A stretch of 64,000 bases of DNA from a bacterium. Lineage in GTDB: Bacteria > UBA8248. The DNA is taken from assembly GCA_965199855.1 (NCBI GenBank), contig OZ241326.1:2496001-2560000 (forward strand), read 5' to 3'. The translations under genes were made by a program, and so were the position numbers. Below the pieces are notes generated by a model. It worked only from the letters and a program-made list of their open reading frames with translations. It did not search any database and was not told the origin of the DNA. This document shows positions 41,808-52,255 of this stretch, piece by piece (position 1 is the stretch's first letter; each line of letters begins with the position of its first letter).

Positions 41808-42860
41808 CTATACCGGCGCTTTCGCATCCTCGGGCTTCCGGCGCAATAGCGCGACCGCCTCGCCCGCCACCTCCTCGGGCGCGATCTTCCTCATGCAGTC
41901 GTGGTGACGAAGCGGACACGTCCTCCTGAAGCACGGGCTGCAATCGAGATTCCTGCGAATGGTTCGGTGGCGGGGGCCTCTCGGCGCCGTTCGGCGATAA
42001 TCCGTGGGGCCGAACAGCGCAATCGTCGCCGTTCCCGCAAGCGCCGCAACGTGGAGCGGCCCCGTGTCGCCGGATATGAATACGTCAAGGCGGGACAGCA
42101 GGGCGGGCAGCGTCTCCAGAGTGTCCTTTCCGGCGAGGTTCGCCGCCCGCCCGCCGGAGATGGCGTCCAGCCGCGCCGCGAGCGGCGCCTCGTCCGGCCC
42201 GCCCAATATGAAAACCCGCGCCCCCGCGTCGTCCGAGAGCCGGTGAATGAGCTCCCCGAAATGCTCCAGCGGCCAGGTTTTCGACTCTCCGAAGAAGGCC
42301 CCGGGGTGAACCCCCACCAGGGGCGCGTCCCGCCCGCCGTGATGCGCCTTCAGAAGATTTTCCGCGAAATCCCGCGCCTTCGGCGCAACGCGGAAATCAT
42401 CCGCCTGCGCCCGGGCTTCATGCCCCTGCGCTTCGAGAAGGCCAAGATAGTAATCCACCAGATGAGGCGCGTCCGGCGGCGGCTCGACGCGGTGGCTCAG
42501 AAGCCAGCCGCGTCCGTCGGTCGCATACCCGACGCGGCGGCGCGCCCCGGCCCGCCTCGCCAGCAACGCCGCGCGAAAGCTGTTGGGCAGAATCCAGGCA
42601 TACTCCACCGTCTCGCCCTTCAGCATCCTCTTCAAGGCGAAGAGGCTTCGCCACTTCCCCTTATCGATTTCCAGCACCCGATCCACCCAGGGAAAGGCGC
42701 GGAGAAGCCCGGAAGTCCAGGGGGTCGCCGCCGCCACCACCCGCGCCCCAGGATGCGCCTTCCTCAGCGATGAAAAAAAGGGAGCGGCCATAGCCGTATC
42801 GCCTATCCACGAGGGCGCCACGACCAGGTGCAGCTCTCCTCCGCGCTCTTCGTCGCTCAC
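41808..42860 (-). CDS. waaF: LPS heptosyltransferase II (GT9)
   Basis: PSWIGD, LPNSFR, HPGA.FG..K.W, DTGPLH and CSPCF..CPL.HH.CM motifs. Confidence 0.85.
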   Translation of the reverse strand: MSDEERGGELHLVVAPSWIGDTAMAAPFFSSLRKAHPGARVVAAATPWTSGLLRAFPWVDRVLEIDKGKWRSLFALKRMLKGETVEYAWILPNSFRAALLARRAGARRRVGYATDGRGWLLSHRVEPPPDAPHLVDYYLGLLEAQGHEARAQADDFRVAPKARDFAENLLKAHHGGRDAPLVGVHPGAFFGESKTWPLEHFGELIHRLSDDAGARVFILGGPDEAPLAARLDAISGGRAANLAGKDTLETLPALLSRLDVFISGDTGPLHVAALAGTATIALFGPTDYRRTAPRGPRHRTIRRNLDCSPCFRRTCPLRHHDCMRKIAPEEVAGEAVALLRRKPEDAKAPV

Positions 42861-43045
42861 ATCCGATTCCTCACAGGCGCGGCCATGCACCGGGGAGGGG
42901 AGAACAGGCGAAACTCCACTTCTTTCAACGCTATCAATCGACGCCGGGAGCGTCAACGATCCTGAAGCCGCGCTTTGCAATCGAGGAGCCGCTCATATAG
43001 TGTGCCGGCCAGGGCGTTGAACCGCCGCCGCCCAGAGGATTCCCC

Positions 43046-44266
43046 TTGAGGATATTGAACCGATACATTCTGGGCGAGTTGGCGGCGTATCTCCTCATCG
43101 CCTTGTTTTTCCTCACGTTTCTCCTGTTGCTCAACAAAATTTTCCAGTTCACGGATCTGGTGGTGAACCGAGGCGTGCCGCTCTCGATTGTGGCGCGCTT
43201 CCTTGCCGCCGCCCTGCCCGTTCTTCTGCTGGCGACGCTGCCCATGGCCACCCTCATAGCCTGCGTCATGGCGTTCAGCCGCCTGTCGAGCGACAGCGAG
43301 TTCGTGGCGATGACCGCCTCCGGCATGAGCCTCTACTCCCAGCTCATCCCCGTGGGAGCGGTGGGCGCGGCCGCCGCCGTCCTGAGCGGGTTCCTCATGA
43401 TATTCTCTCTCCCCTGGAGCCAAAGCGCCACCGCGGAGCTGCGCCGGCAGATCCTTCACGGCCGGGCCGCCGGGTTCGAGGTGCGGGAGCGGATTTTCAA
43501 CGACCGCTTCGACGGCGTCATGATCTACGCGCGGGAAATCGAATCGCCGGGCAAGGTGATGAAGGGAATCATGATTTCAGACGCGAGAGAGGCGGGGAAA
43601 AGCCAGGTCATCTTCGCCGACCACGGCATGATCGTCAAATCCCCCGCCTCCCCGAGGATATGGCTACGCCTCGTCAAAGGCACCATCCACACGGTCGGCG
43701 AATCCGGGAAAGTTTCCGGCGAAAAAGGGGACGCGGGCGGCGGCGCCTCCGCGATCTGGAAGTCCCCTTACCGAATCGCGCGCTTCGAGACCTACGACCT
43801 CAATGTGGACCTCACGACCACCATCGGGAAAGCGAAGGCGCTCCAGGCCAGCCTGCGCTCCTACCCGTTGCGTGAACTCAGAAGAAAACTGAAGGAGGAA
43901 AAGCCGGGAACCAGCCGCTACAGAGCCATTCTCGTGGAGATGAACAAGAAATTCGCGGTTCCCGCAGCCTGCCTCATCCTCGCCTTCCTGGGCGCGCCCC
44001 TCGGCGTGCGGAACAGGCGATCGGGGCGCCACGGGGGCTTCGCCCTCAGCCTGGGCGTCCTGATTCTCTACTACATGCTCGTCACCTTCGCCGAAGGGAT
44101 GGCGGAAAGCGGACAAATCCGCGCTTCGCTCGCCGTCTGGGGCCCCAACATGCTGCTGGCCCTCGCCGCGGGATACATGGTCAGAACCGTGGGGCGGCGC
44201 GGCTCCTTCAGCGTCCCGGGGCTGCTCCTGAAGCCCGGCTTCCCCTTCATCCGAAGCAAAGCCTGA
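43046..44266 (+). CDS. lptF: LPS export permease LptF
   Basis: ILNRYI and RLSSDSE..AM.ASG motifs; first gene of a YjgP/YjgQ pair. Confidence 0.85.
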   Translation: MRILNRYILGELAAYLLIALFFLTFLLLLNKIFQFTDLVVNRGVPLSIVARFLAAALPVLLLATLPMATLIACVMAFSRLSSDSEFVAMTASGMSLYSQLIPVGAVGAAAAVLSGFLMIFSLPWSQSATAELRRQILHGRAAGFEVRERIFNDRFDGVMIYAREIESPGKVMKGIMISDAREAGKSQVIFADHGMIVKSPASPRIWLRLVKGTIHTVGESGKVSGEKGDAGGGASAIWKSPYRIARFETYDLNVDLTTTIGKAKALQASLRSYPLRELRRKLKEEKPGTSRYRAILVEMNKKFAVPAACLILAFLGAPLGVRNRRSGRHGGFALSLGVLILYYMLVTFAEGMAESGQIRASLAVWGPNMLLALAAGYMVRTVGRRGSFSVPGLLLKPGFPFIRSKA

Positions 44267-44276
44267 ACTCGCGCCG

Positions 44277-45365
44277 ATGAGCATCCTGAGCCGCTACATC
44301 CTCGCGCAGTTTCTGAGAATGACGCTTCTCTGCCAGGCGGGGGCCATCACCCTGTTCCTGATCGCGGAGTTCATCGAGCGCGTGGACGACTTCATCGAAA
44401 AGAAGGCGACCCTGCTCGACAGCGCCCTGTATTTCCTCTACAAAGCGCCCCGCCTCGTTTTTCTCTCCGTTCCGCTCACCGTCCTGCTGGCGAGCGCGTT
44501 CACGCTGATTCTTCTCTCCAGAGGCAGCGAGGTGGTCGCCATGCGCGCCAACGGGATGAGCCTCTACCGGATCGCCGCGCCGATCCTCATCGCCAGCCTG
44601 GGAATCAGCTGCCTGGCCTTTCTGGCGAACGAATACGTCGTTCCGCTCGCCAACAGGCGCGGAGACTACGTCTGGCGCGTCAACATCAAAAAAGTCGGCC
44701 TGCGAACGCACATCCAGAGGGACAAAATCTGGCATCGCTCGCAAGACGACACCATCTGGCAGATCGCGCACTACGATCCGTATGCCGAAAAAATGCGAGG
44801 CGTCACGCTCTACCGGGTGGACGGGGAGCATCGCCTGACGCGGCGCATCGACGCGGAGACGGCGATCTGGTCGTCCGCCCGAAAGCATTGGACGCTCCAC
44901 CAGGGCGTCGTCCATCACCTCGCGGACGAGGGGCAAATCCGACGGGAGACTTTCGAGAAGAAAATCTTCGCGCTCAAGGCGGAGCCGGAGGACTTCAAAA
45001 GAACGGGCAGAGACCCGGAAGCGATGAACTATCAGGAGCTCGCCCGCTACATTCAAGGCTTAAGGAAGAGCGGCGCGGACCCCACCCGCTATCTCGTGGA
45101 CATGTGGGCCAAAATTTCCGCCCCCTTCATCAGCTTCATCCTGGCGCTGGTGAGCGTCCCCTTCGCCATTCGCGGCGGCAGAAGCGGCGGGGCCGCCCTG
45201 GGGGTCACAATCGCCGTAGCCGTCGGCGCCGCCTATCTCGTTCTTTTCTACGCGAGCCTTTCGTTCGGGCACGCCGGGCGCCTGCCGCCCGTGCTGGCGG
45301 CCTGGGCGCCCAGCGCTATTTTCCTGACGGGCGGCGCCTATATGCTCGCCTCCATGCGGGGATGA
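44277..45365 (+). CDS. lptG: LPS export permease LptG
   Basis: ILSRYI, SEVVAMRANG and LAAWAP motifs; second gene of the pair. Confidence 0.85.
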   Translation: MSILSRYILAQFLRMTLLCQAGAITLFLIAEFIERVDDFIEKKATLLDSALYFLYKAPRLVFLSVPLTVLLASAFTLILLSRGSEVVAMRANGMSLYRIAAPILIASLGISCLAFLANEYVVPLANRRGDYVWRVNIKKVGLRTHIQRDKIWHRSQDDTIWQIAHYDPYAEKMRGVTLYRVDGEHRLTRRIDAETAIWSSARKHWTLHQGVVHHLADEGQIRRETFEKKIFALKAEPEDFKRTGRDPEAMNYQELARYIQGLRKSGADPTRYLVDMWAKISAPFISFILALVSVPFAIRGGRSGGAALGVTIAVAVGAAYLVLFYASLSFGHAGRLPPVLAAWAPSAIFLTGGAYMLASMRG

Positions 45366-45374
45366 CGTCCGCGC

Positions 45375-46460
45375 TCATGGAGAAAACAGCTTCTGCTCGA
45401 TCAGGGCGGCCAGCGCCGCGTCCTCGTCGATTCGCATCACCACCCGGAGGACGCGAAGCGGCGTCCCGCCCAGCAGCGGGGCGAGCTTCACCGCGTCCTT
45501 CTCGGTCGTCAGGATGAAGTCGGCCGACGCTTCCCTCAGCGACGAGGCGAGCAGCGCGCCGTCGGCCGGCGCGTAGCGGGCGTGATCCGCATACGCATGA
45601 TGCGCCAGAACCTCGACGCCCAGCGATTCCAGCGTTTTCTCGAAGCCGCGAGGATTCCCCAATCCGCTCACGGCGACGACCCTCGCGCCTTGCAGCGCGT
45701 CCGGCGATCCCGCTTTCTCCCCCCGCGCGTCCAGGACGGAATCGGGCGACAGCCTTCCGCCGAAAACGGGCGCGCCCCGCGCGAGAGACTGAATCCCGCT
45801 TCTCGCGCGCGCGGAGCATTCGCCCGTCACCAAAACGGCGTCCGCGCGCGCGAGGGCCGAAGCCGGCTCCCGCAGAGCTCCGGCGGGCGTCACCCGCCCG
45901 TTTCCGAAAGGCCGATCCCCGCGCAGAAGCACCAGGTCCATCTCCCGGGAAAGGGAGAGATGCTGAAACCCATCGTCGAGCACGACGGCGTCCGCGCCGA
46001 ACTCCTCCGCCGCCTTTCGGGCGGCGAGGGCGCGATGCGCGCCCGTCAGGACGGGAACCCCGGGGTATCGCCGGGCGAGCATCGCCGCCTCGTCCGCCGC
46101 CGGCGGCGACGCCGTCAGTCCGCCCTCGCCGTCGCTCACGACCATCGCGTCCCCGGGCCTTGCGCCATGGCCCCTGCTCACCACGGCGGGCCTTCGCCCC
46201 CCGGCGAGCAGCTTTTCCAGCGCCCAGGCGACGGTGGGCGTTTTGCCCGTCCCCCCGAGCGTGAGGTTGCCGACGGAAACGACGGGCGCGGCGATTTTCT
46301 CCGCGCGGGCCTTCCCGTCCTCATAGCGTCTGCGCCGACGCGCCATGGACGCGCCATAGACGGCTCCCAGGGGCGAGAGACTCCCCGCCAGCGCGCGCGA
46401 CCAGACCGGAGACGCGGGATCGCCCTCCCAGGCCGCCAGAACGCCCCGCCGAAGCCTCAC
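45375..46460 (-). CDS. lpxK: Tetraacyldisaccharide 4'-kinase
   Basis: SVGNLTLGGTGKTP, SRG, DDGFQH, LRE and TTEKDAVK motifs. Confidence 0.93.
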   Translation of the reverse strand: MRLRRGVLAAWEGDPASPVWSRALAGSLSPLGAVYGASMARRRRRYEDGKARAEKIAAPVVSVGNLTLGGTGKTPTVAWALEKLLAGGRRPAVVSRGHGARPGDAMVVSDGEGGLTASPPAADEAAMLARRYPGVPVLTGAHRALAARKAAEEFGADAVVLDDGFQHLSLSREMDLVLLRGDRPFGNGRVTPAGALREPASALARADAVLVTGECSARARSGIQSLARGAPVFGGRLSPDSVLDARGEKAGSPDALQGARVVAVSGLGNPRGFEKTLESLGVEVLAHHAYADHARYAPADGALLASSLREASADFILTTEKDAVKLAPLLGGTPLRVLRVVMRIDEDAALAALIEQKLFSP

Positions 46461-47728
46461 GAGGCTCGCCCGCCCGATTCCGCCAGGGTTTGAACGATGT
46501 ATTCCGCCGTTCGCTCGACGGCACCCTGGTTGCGCCGCACCACCTCGCGCGCCGCCTCGCCCGCGCGCTCACGCGCCGCCGGGTCGTTCAGCCATTTGAG
46601 GATGCCCGCCTCCAGGTCCTTCGGATCGCCCAGCCAAACCGCGCCGCCCTCCTCCGCCAGCTCGCGCGCGATTTCCGCGAAATTCTCCATGTGGGGGCCA
46701 TACAGGCAGGGCGCGGCCCAGCGCGCCGCCTCTATCGGGTTCTGGCCGCCGTGCGGGATGAAGCTCCCCCCGATAATCGCCACCGCCGCGCAGGCGTAGG
46801 CGTCCGCCAGTTCGCCCATCACGTCCAGGATGACGGTCTGGTGCTCGCCGCCCGCGTCCTTGACGAGGCTCCATCGCGCAGGAGAAACGCCCGCGTCCCG
46901 CAGCGCCTTTTCCGCCTGATCAACCCTCTCCAGATGGCGCGGGGCGAGGAGGAGGCCGACCCCGGGCGCCTCCCGGCGAATGGAGGCCACCGCCTCGCCT
47001 ATCAGCTTCTCCTCCCCCGGGTGGGTGCTGCCCGCTACGATGACCTCCCGGCGCGCGCCCAGGCCATACGACCGGGCCGAAGCCGCCCGAACCGGCAGAG
47101 GCGCATCGAATTTCATGTTCCCGCAGACCCGCGCGGAAATCGCCCCCAGGCCCGAAAAGCGCTCCGCATCCCCTTCTCCGCGCGCCAGCACGTCCTTCAG
47201 GCGCCCGAGAATCGGGGAGAAGAAAAAACGGAAGCGCCCGTAGCCGCGACAGGATCGCTCTGAAAGCCTTCCGTTCACGATGGAGACGGGAACGCCCCGC
47301 CTCGCGGCCTCGCTCACGAGGTTCGGCCATATCTCCGTTTCGATGAGCGCGATCATGGAAGGACGAATCCGCCCGAAGGCCGAGCGGACGATCGGGGAGA
47401 AGTCAAGGGGAAGGTATAGGAGCCGCTCGACCCCGGCTATTTTCTCCGCCGCGCTCCTTCCCGTCGGCGTCACCGTGGAAAGAACGATTCTCAGCCCCGG
47501 CCTTTTGCTCAAAAGCGCGGGGATCAGAAGGGCGGCCACGCCCACTTCCCCGACGGACACGGCGTGCAGCCAAAGCCGCTCCCCCGCCGCGTCCGGCGAT
47601 CGCGGCGGAAGCCCGAATCCGTCCCGAAGCGCCCGAAAGTCGAACCCGCGCCGCCGCAGCCGGAGCAGGAAAAAGACGAGCAGAACGGGCGAGGCGAGAA
47701 GGATGAGGACGTTGTAGAAGAACAGCAT
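46457..47728 (-). CDS. waaA: Kdo transferase
   Basis: WLHAVSVGE, PLD, ETEIWPN, PRH, GGS..GGQN.IE and GP.M.NF motifs. Confidence 0.93.
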   Translation of the reverse strand: MLFFYNVLILLASPVLLVFFLLRLRRRGFDFRALRDGFGLPPRSPDAAGERLWLHAVSVGEVGVAALLIPALLSKRPGLRIVLSTVTPTGRSAAEKIAGVERLLYLPLDFSPIVRSAFGRIRPSMIALIETEIWPNLVSEAARRGVPVSIVNGRLSERSCRGYGRFRFFFSPILGRLKDVLARGEGDAERFSGLGAISARVCGNMKFDAPLPVRAASARSYGLGARREVIVAGSTHPGEEKLIGEAVASIRREAPGVGLLLAPRHLERVDQAEKALRDAGVSPARWSLVKDAGGEHQTVILDVMGELADAYACAAVAIIGGSFIPHGGQNPIEAARWAAPCLYGPHMENFAEIARELAEEGGAVWLGDPKDLEAGILKWLNDPAARERAGEAAREVVRRNQGAVERTAEYIVQTLAESGGRAS

Positions 47729-47734
47729 GGCGGC

Positions 47735-48466
47735 TCAGATTCCCGCAGAACGCCCCAGGCAGGATTCCGCCTCCCGGTTCGCGCGAATGAGCCGCCTTTC
47801 GAGTTCCGCGCGCTTCGCCTCCAGCATCTCCGCGTCCCGGGTGCGCGGCACGGCCAGAGGCTCGCCCCAGCAAACGGAGATTTTCCCGAACGGCAGGGGA
47901 AGAATCGTCCCGTCCCACGTGGGGAGGGTGAGGAAGAGAGAAGCCGCGAAGGCGACCGGGCAAATTTTGCGGCCTGTGACGCCGGCCAGGGCGATCACCC
48001 CCATTTTGGCCTTGCCGGGCGGGCCCTTCGGGCCATCCGGCGTGATGCCGAGCTGGCTGCGTCCCGCCCTCGCTACGCCGATCATCCGCCGAAAGGCGGC
48101 GCCGCCGCCCTTGTCCGCGCCGCCCAGCGAGGAGGAAGAGCCTCTCACGCAATGCGTGCCGAGCCGGGTCAGCACCTGGACGAGGAGCTCCCCGTCCCGG
48201 CTTCTGCTCGCCATGCACGTGCGATGATAATCCTTCGGATAGAAAAAGGAGGCCAGCCCCACCTGACAATGCCAGAGCGCCCAGATATATTTTTCTCCGG
48301 GCCCCTGCGCGAGTTTTTCATAAAAATCCCCTTGCGGGGCGGCCCTCCTCGAAGTGGCGTAGACCGCCCTCAGGTAGCCCGCGACGGCCGCGCCGCCCAG
48401 CCGCGCCGAAAGCGCCGCGGCGGGGTCTCGCCCCCATTCGTCATAAGCAGTCGGGGACTCACTCAT
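47735..48466 (-). CDS. DUF374 lysophospholipid acyltransferase family (LpxJ-like)
   Basis: WH, S.SRDGE, RGSS, TPDGPKGP and WD..LPLPF motifs. Confidence 0.85.
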   Translation of the reverse strand: MSESPTAYDEWGRDPAAALSARLGGAAVAGYLRAVYATSRRAAPQGDFYEKLAQGPGEKYIWALWHCQVGLASFFYPKDYHRTCMASRSRDGELLVQVLTRLGTHCVRGSSSSLGGADKGGGAAFRRMIGVARAGRSQLGITPDGPKGPPGKAKMGVIALAGVTGRKICPVAFAASLFLTLPTWDGTILPLPFGKISVCWGEPLAVPRTRDAEMLEAKRAELERRLIRANREAESCLGRSAGI

Positions 48467-49646
48467 CCCGCGCGTCTTCTCCATCGAAGCCAAGCTCCGC
48501 CGCTATGCGCGCCGCGGCGCGCGCGTAGGGGTTCTCGCCTTCCAGGGCACTTCGGATTCTCTCGAACGCCCTGATTTGCCGCGCCCTGACGTCATCGCTC
48601 CACAGCGCGCCCCGCAGCGCGTTCGCAATATGCCGCGGGCGCACCCGATTCTGATGCAGCTCGGGAACGGCCTCATGGCCGGACAGCAGATTGACGAGGC
48701 TGATGTAGTCCACCCGCAGCAGAAAATACTTGGCCAGCACGTATGTAAGCGCGTCCCCGGCGTATACGACAACCATCGGCGCGCCCAGAAGAGCCGTCTC
48801 CAGGGACGCCGTGCCGCTCGCCACGACGACGGCGTCGGCCGCGCGAATCACCCGGGAAGAATCGCCCCGGACGGGACGCGCCTCGACCTCCGAGAGCCTC
48901 AGCCGCTCCGAAACGTACCCCTCGGGCAGCGAATCCGCCTCCGATATCAGGAAGCGCAGCCCCGGCGCCTCCTCCCGAAGGATGCCGAGCGCGCCCACCA
49001 TGGCCTCCATGTGGGCGTCCACCTCCTTGAGGCGGCTGCCGGGGAGAAGGGCTATCACCCTCTCGTCCGCCGATATGTTCAGCGAGCGCCGGGCCGCCTC
49101 CCTTGACGGCGCGTCCCGAAGCGCATGGGCGATCGGATGGCCGACGAACTCGGCCCGTCCGCCCAGTTCCCGAAAAATGCGGGGCTCGAAGGGAAAGATG
49201 TTGAGCGCCAGATCGCAGACCTCCGCGATGACGCGGGCGCGTCCCTTCCACCAGGCCCACACCTGGGGGGTGATGAAATAGACGCTCTTCGGCGGCCGCG
49301 GCAGGGCGCGCACCGAGCGCGCCAGGGAGAGGTTGAAGCCGGGGTAGTCCACGAAAATCACCGCCCGCGGCTTCCGCTCCCTGATCCGCTCCAGCAAATC
49401 CCTCTTGATTCTTCGGAGCTTGGGATAGGCGCGGGGAACCCCGGCGAAGCCGACGATGGAGACGGCGCCGATGTCGTGGATGAGGCGGACGCCCGCCTCG
49501 GCCATCCATCGCCCGCCCATGCCGCACGCCCCGAGGCCGGGAATCCTGGCGGAGAGCGCCTTCACCAGACGCGCGGCGTGCAGGTCGCCCGACGATTCGC
49601 CGGCGACCACCATGACGCCGTGAGCCGGGCGCTCATCCCCGCTCAT
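48459..49646 (-). CDS. lpxB: Lipid A disaccharide synthase
   Basis: AGESSGD, DYPGFN, PQVWAW, FPFE, VGHP, LPGSR and SGT motifs. Confidence 0.95.
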   Translation of the reverse strand: MSGDERPAHGVMVVAGESSGDLHAARLVKALSARIPGLGACGMGGRWMAEAGVRLIHDIGAVSIVGFAGVPRAYPKLRRIKRDLLERIRERKPRAVIFVDYPGFNLSLARSVRALPRPPKSVYFITPQVWAWWKGRARVIAEVCDLALNIFPFEPRIFRELGGRAEFVGHPIAHALRDAPSREAARRSLNISADERVIALLPGSRLKEVDAHMEAMVGALGILREEAPGLRFLISEADSLPEGYVSERLRLSEVEARPVRGDSSRVIRAADAVVVASGTASLETALLGAPMVVVYAGDALTYVLAKYFLLRVDYISLVNLLSGHEAVPELHQNRVRPRHIANALRGALWSDDVRARQIRAFERIRSALEGENPYARAAARIAAELGFDGEDARDE

Positions 49647-50463
49647 TTTCCGACCAGCCGGCGACGACGACGCCCGCGGCGTCGGCCTCCCGCGTCAAGC
49701 GCTCGCGCTCGATGAGAAAAGTCCGGTCCGCCTCGAGAATCAGCGCCGACGCGCCGCCCGTCCGCAGCGCCTGAAGCGTCCGGGGCCCGACCGTGGGCAC
49801 GTCGTAGCGCATATCCTGCCCGGGGCGCGCCACCTTGCAGACGACGGCCCCGCCGCCGGCGAGGGCGCACCCCCTGCGAATCGTCTCGTCCGTTCCCTCC
49901 ACGCCCTCCACGGCGACCACCGTCCCCTTGTGGACGACGACGGTCTGTCCTATCTCGAGCTCCGCAACGCTTCGGGCGATCTGGAAGGCATACGCCGCGC
50001 TCCTGCGCTGGCTCTGACGCAGCTTCCTTTTCGTGATCGTCCCCTTCGGGGTGAGAAGATGCGCCAGATACTCCGTCTGGGAAACCACCCTCATGCCGTT
50101 CTCTTCCACGAAAGCGACGACGGCGTCCATGATCGTCGCGTCGGCCGTGTTCCTGGCGTTCTTCACGAAGCGCAGCGCCGTCAGATCGAAGCGCAGGGAT
50201 TGAAACAGGAGGCTTTTCTCGACCTTTCCGGCGAACCCTATTTCCCGAACGCCGTCGTCGCTGAAGAACCGGATGATCCGGTTCGGCTGGGCGGGCGGGA
50301 TGTGCGAGACGGAGTCGGCCTCTCCCGCCAGGGCGTCCCTGATTTCGGGGGACAGCGCCGCCACGGACACGCGCTTGCCCCGCTCCCTGGCGCGCGAGAC
50401 GAATTCGGAGGACAGCGACCCCGCGCCCGCGATCAGGCCGATTCTTTCCCCGGAATCCGGCAT
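49633..50463 (-). CDS. lpxI: UDP-2,3-diacylglucosamine diphosphatase LpxI
   Basis: GLIAG.G, IGQTVVV, AVE..EGTD and QD.R.D.PTVG motifs. Confidence 0.9.
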   Translation of the reverse strand: MPDSGERIGLIAGAGSLSSEFVSRARERGKRVSVAALSPEIRDALAGEADSVSHIPPAQPNRIIRFFSDDGVREIGFAGKVEKSLLFQSLRFDLTALRFVKNARNTADATIMDAVVAFVEENGMRVVSQTEYLAHLLTPKGTITKRKLRQSQRRSAAYAFQIARSVAELEIGQTVVVHKGTVVAVEGVEGTDETIRRGCALAGGGAVVCKVARPGQDMRYDVPTVGPRTLQALRTGGASALILEADRTFLIERERLTREADAAGVVVAGWSENERG

Positions 50464-50471
50464 GAGAGATA

Positions 50472-51443
50472 TCAGGGCGCCGAGGGGACGGAGCTCTTCA
50501 GCATCTCTACGACGCGAATGGCGACGTCCAGGGAGCGTAGCTCCCTTTCCGGCTCCCGAACGACCTCCGAGGCCCGCGCCGCCCGCAGGAAGTGGCGCAG
50601 CTCCAGCTTGAGCGGATTGTCCTTGTGGACGAACACCCGCTCTATCTGAAACTGCTCGCGATACTTGAATTCATCGCGGGTCAGATGGCGCTCGCTCATC
50701 GCCTGGCGATGAATCTTGAGCTCCTGGTCCGCGTAGTCGAGCGTAATGAACGCATCCGGCTGGGATATGGAAAGCGTCCTGATCTTGCTCTGCGTCACCC
50801 GGCTCGCGGTGAGATTCGCCACGCATCCGCCGGCGAAGCAAATCTGCACGTTCGCCACGTCTTCGCTATCGGAGAGGACGCTGGCGCCGGTCGCCGAGAG
50901 CAGGTCGATCTTCTCGTCCACCAGCCGCAGAACGATGTCGATATCGTGGATCATCAAGTCGAGCACGACCCCGTCCTCCCGCGTCCTTGACGCGAAGGGC
51001 CCCAGCCTGCGGCACTCGATCAGCGTGGGGCGCTCCACGATGCTTCCCAGCTCCTGAACCGCTCCGTTGAAGCGCTCCACGTGGCCGATCTGAAGCGCCG
51101 CGCCGTTTGCGGCCGCTATATCGAACAGCGCCAGGGCTTCTTCCATCGTCGGGCAGACGGGCTTCTCCACCAGGGCGTGAACGCCGCTTTCAAGAAACGC
51201 GCGGGCCACGTCGAAATGCCGCAGGGTGGGAACGGCGATGGTGACGGCGTCCACGCGGCCGATGAGGTCCGCCGGATCGGAAAACGCCTCCGCACCGTAT
51301 CTGTCGGCCAGTTCCCGGGCGCGATCGGCGTCGAGATCGCAGACGGCGACCAGGTTCGCTTCCGGCATTTCGGAAAACACCGCCACGTGGTAGCCGCCCA
51401 TGTGCCCCGCGCCGACAACGCCAACCCGCGAATGATCCGTCAT
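50472..51443 (-). CDS. Gfo/Idh/MocA oxidoreductase, probable GnnA (UDP-GlcNAc 3-dehydrogenase)
   Basis: GAGHMG, EKP, GHVERFN, DLMIHD and LTASR motifs; lies between lpxA and lpxI/lpxB. Confidence 0.8.
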   Translation of the reverse strand: MTDHSRVGVVGAGHMGGYHVAVFSEMPEANLVAVCDLDADRARELADRYGAEAFSDPADLIGRVDAVTIAVPTLRHFDVARAFLESGVHALVEKPVCPTMEEALALFDIAAANGAALQIGHVERFNGAVQELGSIVERPTLIECRRLGPFASRTREDGVVLDLMIHDIDIVLRLVDEKIDLLSATGASVLSDSEDVANVQICFAGGCVANLTASRVTQSKIRTLSISQPDAFITLDYADQELKIHRQAMSERHLTRDEFKYREQFQIERVFVHKDNPLKLELRHFLRAARASEVVREPERELRSLDVAIRVVEMLKSSVPSAP

Positions 51444-51466
51444 GGGCCTCGACCTCGACGGGACGC

Positions 51467-52249
51467 CTACACGCGCCCCTGGTAGATGCCGCGCTCTGAA
51501 TTGCGGACGAATTCGAGCACGGCGCGAACTTCCGCCCCCAGCGGCGCCTGCGCCTCTATCTGCTCTATTTTTCGCGCCATCTCGCCCGACGCGCCGAAAA
51601 GCGCCTTATACGCGCTCTTGATGCCGTCCCGCGCCTCTGCCGAAACGCCGCTTCTGCGCAGGCCGACCACGTTCAGGCCCGCCACGCGCGGCGGCTCGCC
51701 CAGGACCTTGACGAACGGCGGCGCGTCCTTCCTCACCGCCGAGGGACCCACGACAATCGAACCCTCTCCGATGCGGACGTATTGATGCGCGCCGACGAAG
51801 TGGGAGATGAAGCACCTGCTCCCGACCTCCACGTGCCCCGCCAGGGAGCAATGGTTCGTCAGGATCACCTCATCGCCCACGCGGCAGTCGTGCGCCACGT
51901 GCGCCCCGACCATGATGTAGCACTTCTCGCCCATCGTCGTGCTTCGGCCCGGGCGCATCGAGCGATGCACGGTCGCCATCTCGCGGATGACGGAGCGCGC
52001 CCCGATTTCCACGCCCCCCGACTCGGGCCCCAGCCCGACGACCTGCGCCTCTAGCCCGACGGCGGCGCCCGGAAAAATCCGGCAGCCCTCGCCGAGGGCC
52101 GCGGGGCCGTGCACGACCGCGTTCGGCCCGACCTCGCATCCGTCCCCGAGCGTCACGTTCGCGCCCACGAAGGCGCCCGGCCCGATCTTCAGGCGCTCGC
52201 CGAGCTCCGCCTTCGGGTCGATGGACGCGGTGGGGGCTATGTCGCTCAA
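51467..52249 (-). CDS. lpxA: Acyl-ACP--UDP-N-acetylglucosamine acyltransferase
   Basis: Hexapeptide repeats, IRE...HR, HVAHDC, LAGHV, HQ and GLNVVGLRR. Confidence 0.92.
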   Translation of the reverse strand: MSDIAPTASIDPKAELGERLKIGPGAFVGANVTLGDGCEVGPNAVVHGPAALGEGCRIFPGAAVGLEAQVVGLGPESGGVEIGARSVIREMATVHRSMRPGRSTTMGEKCYIMVGAHVAHDCRVGDEVILTNHCSLAGHVEVGSRCFISHFVGAHQYVRIGEGSIVVGPSAVRKDAPPFVKVLGEPPRVAGLNVVGLRRSGVSAEARDGIKSAYKALFGASGEMARKIEQIEAQAPLGAEVRAVLEFVRNSERGIYQGRV

Positions 52250-52255
52250 TGCGCG

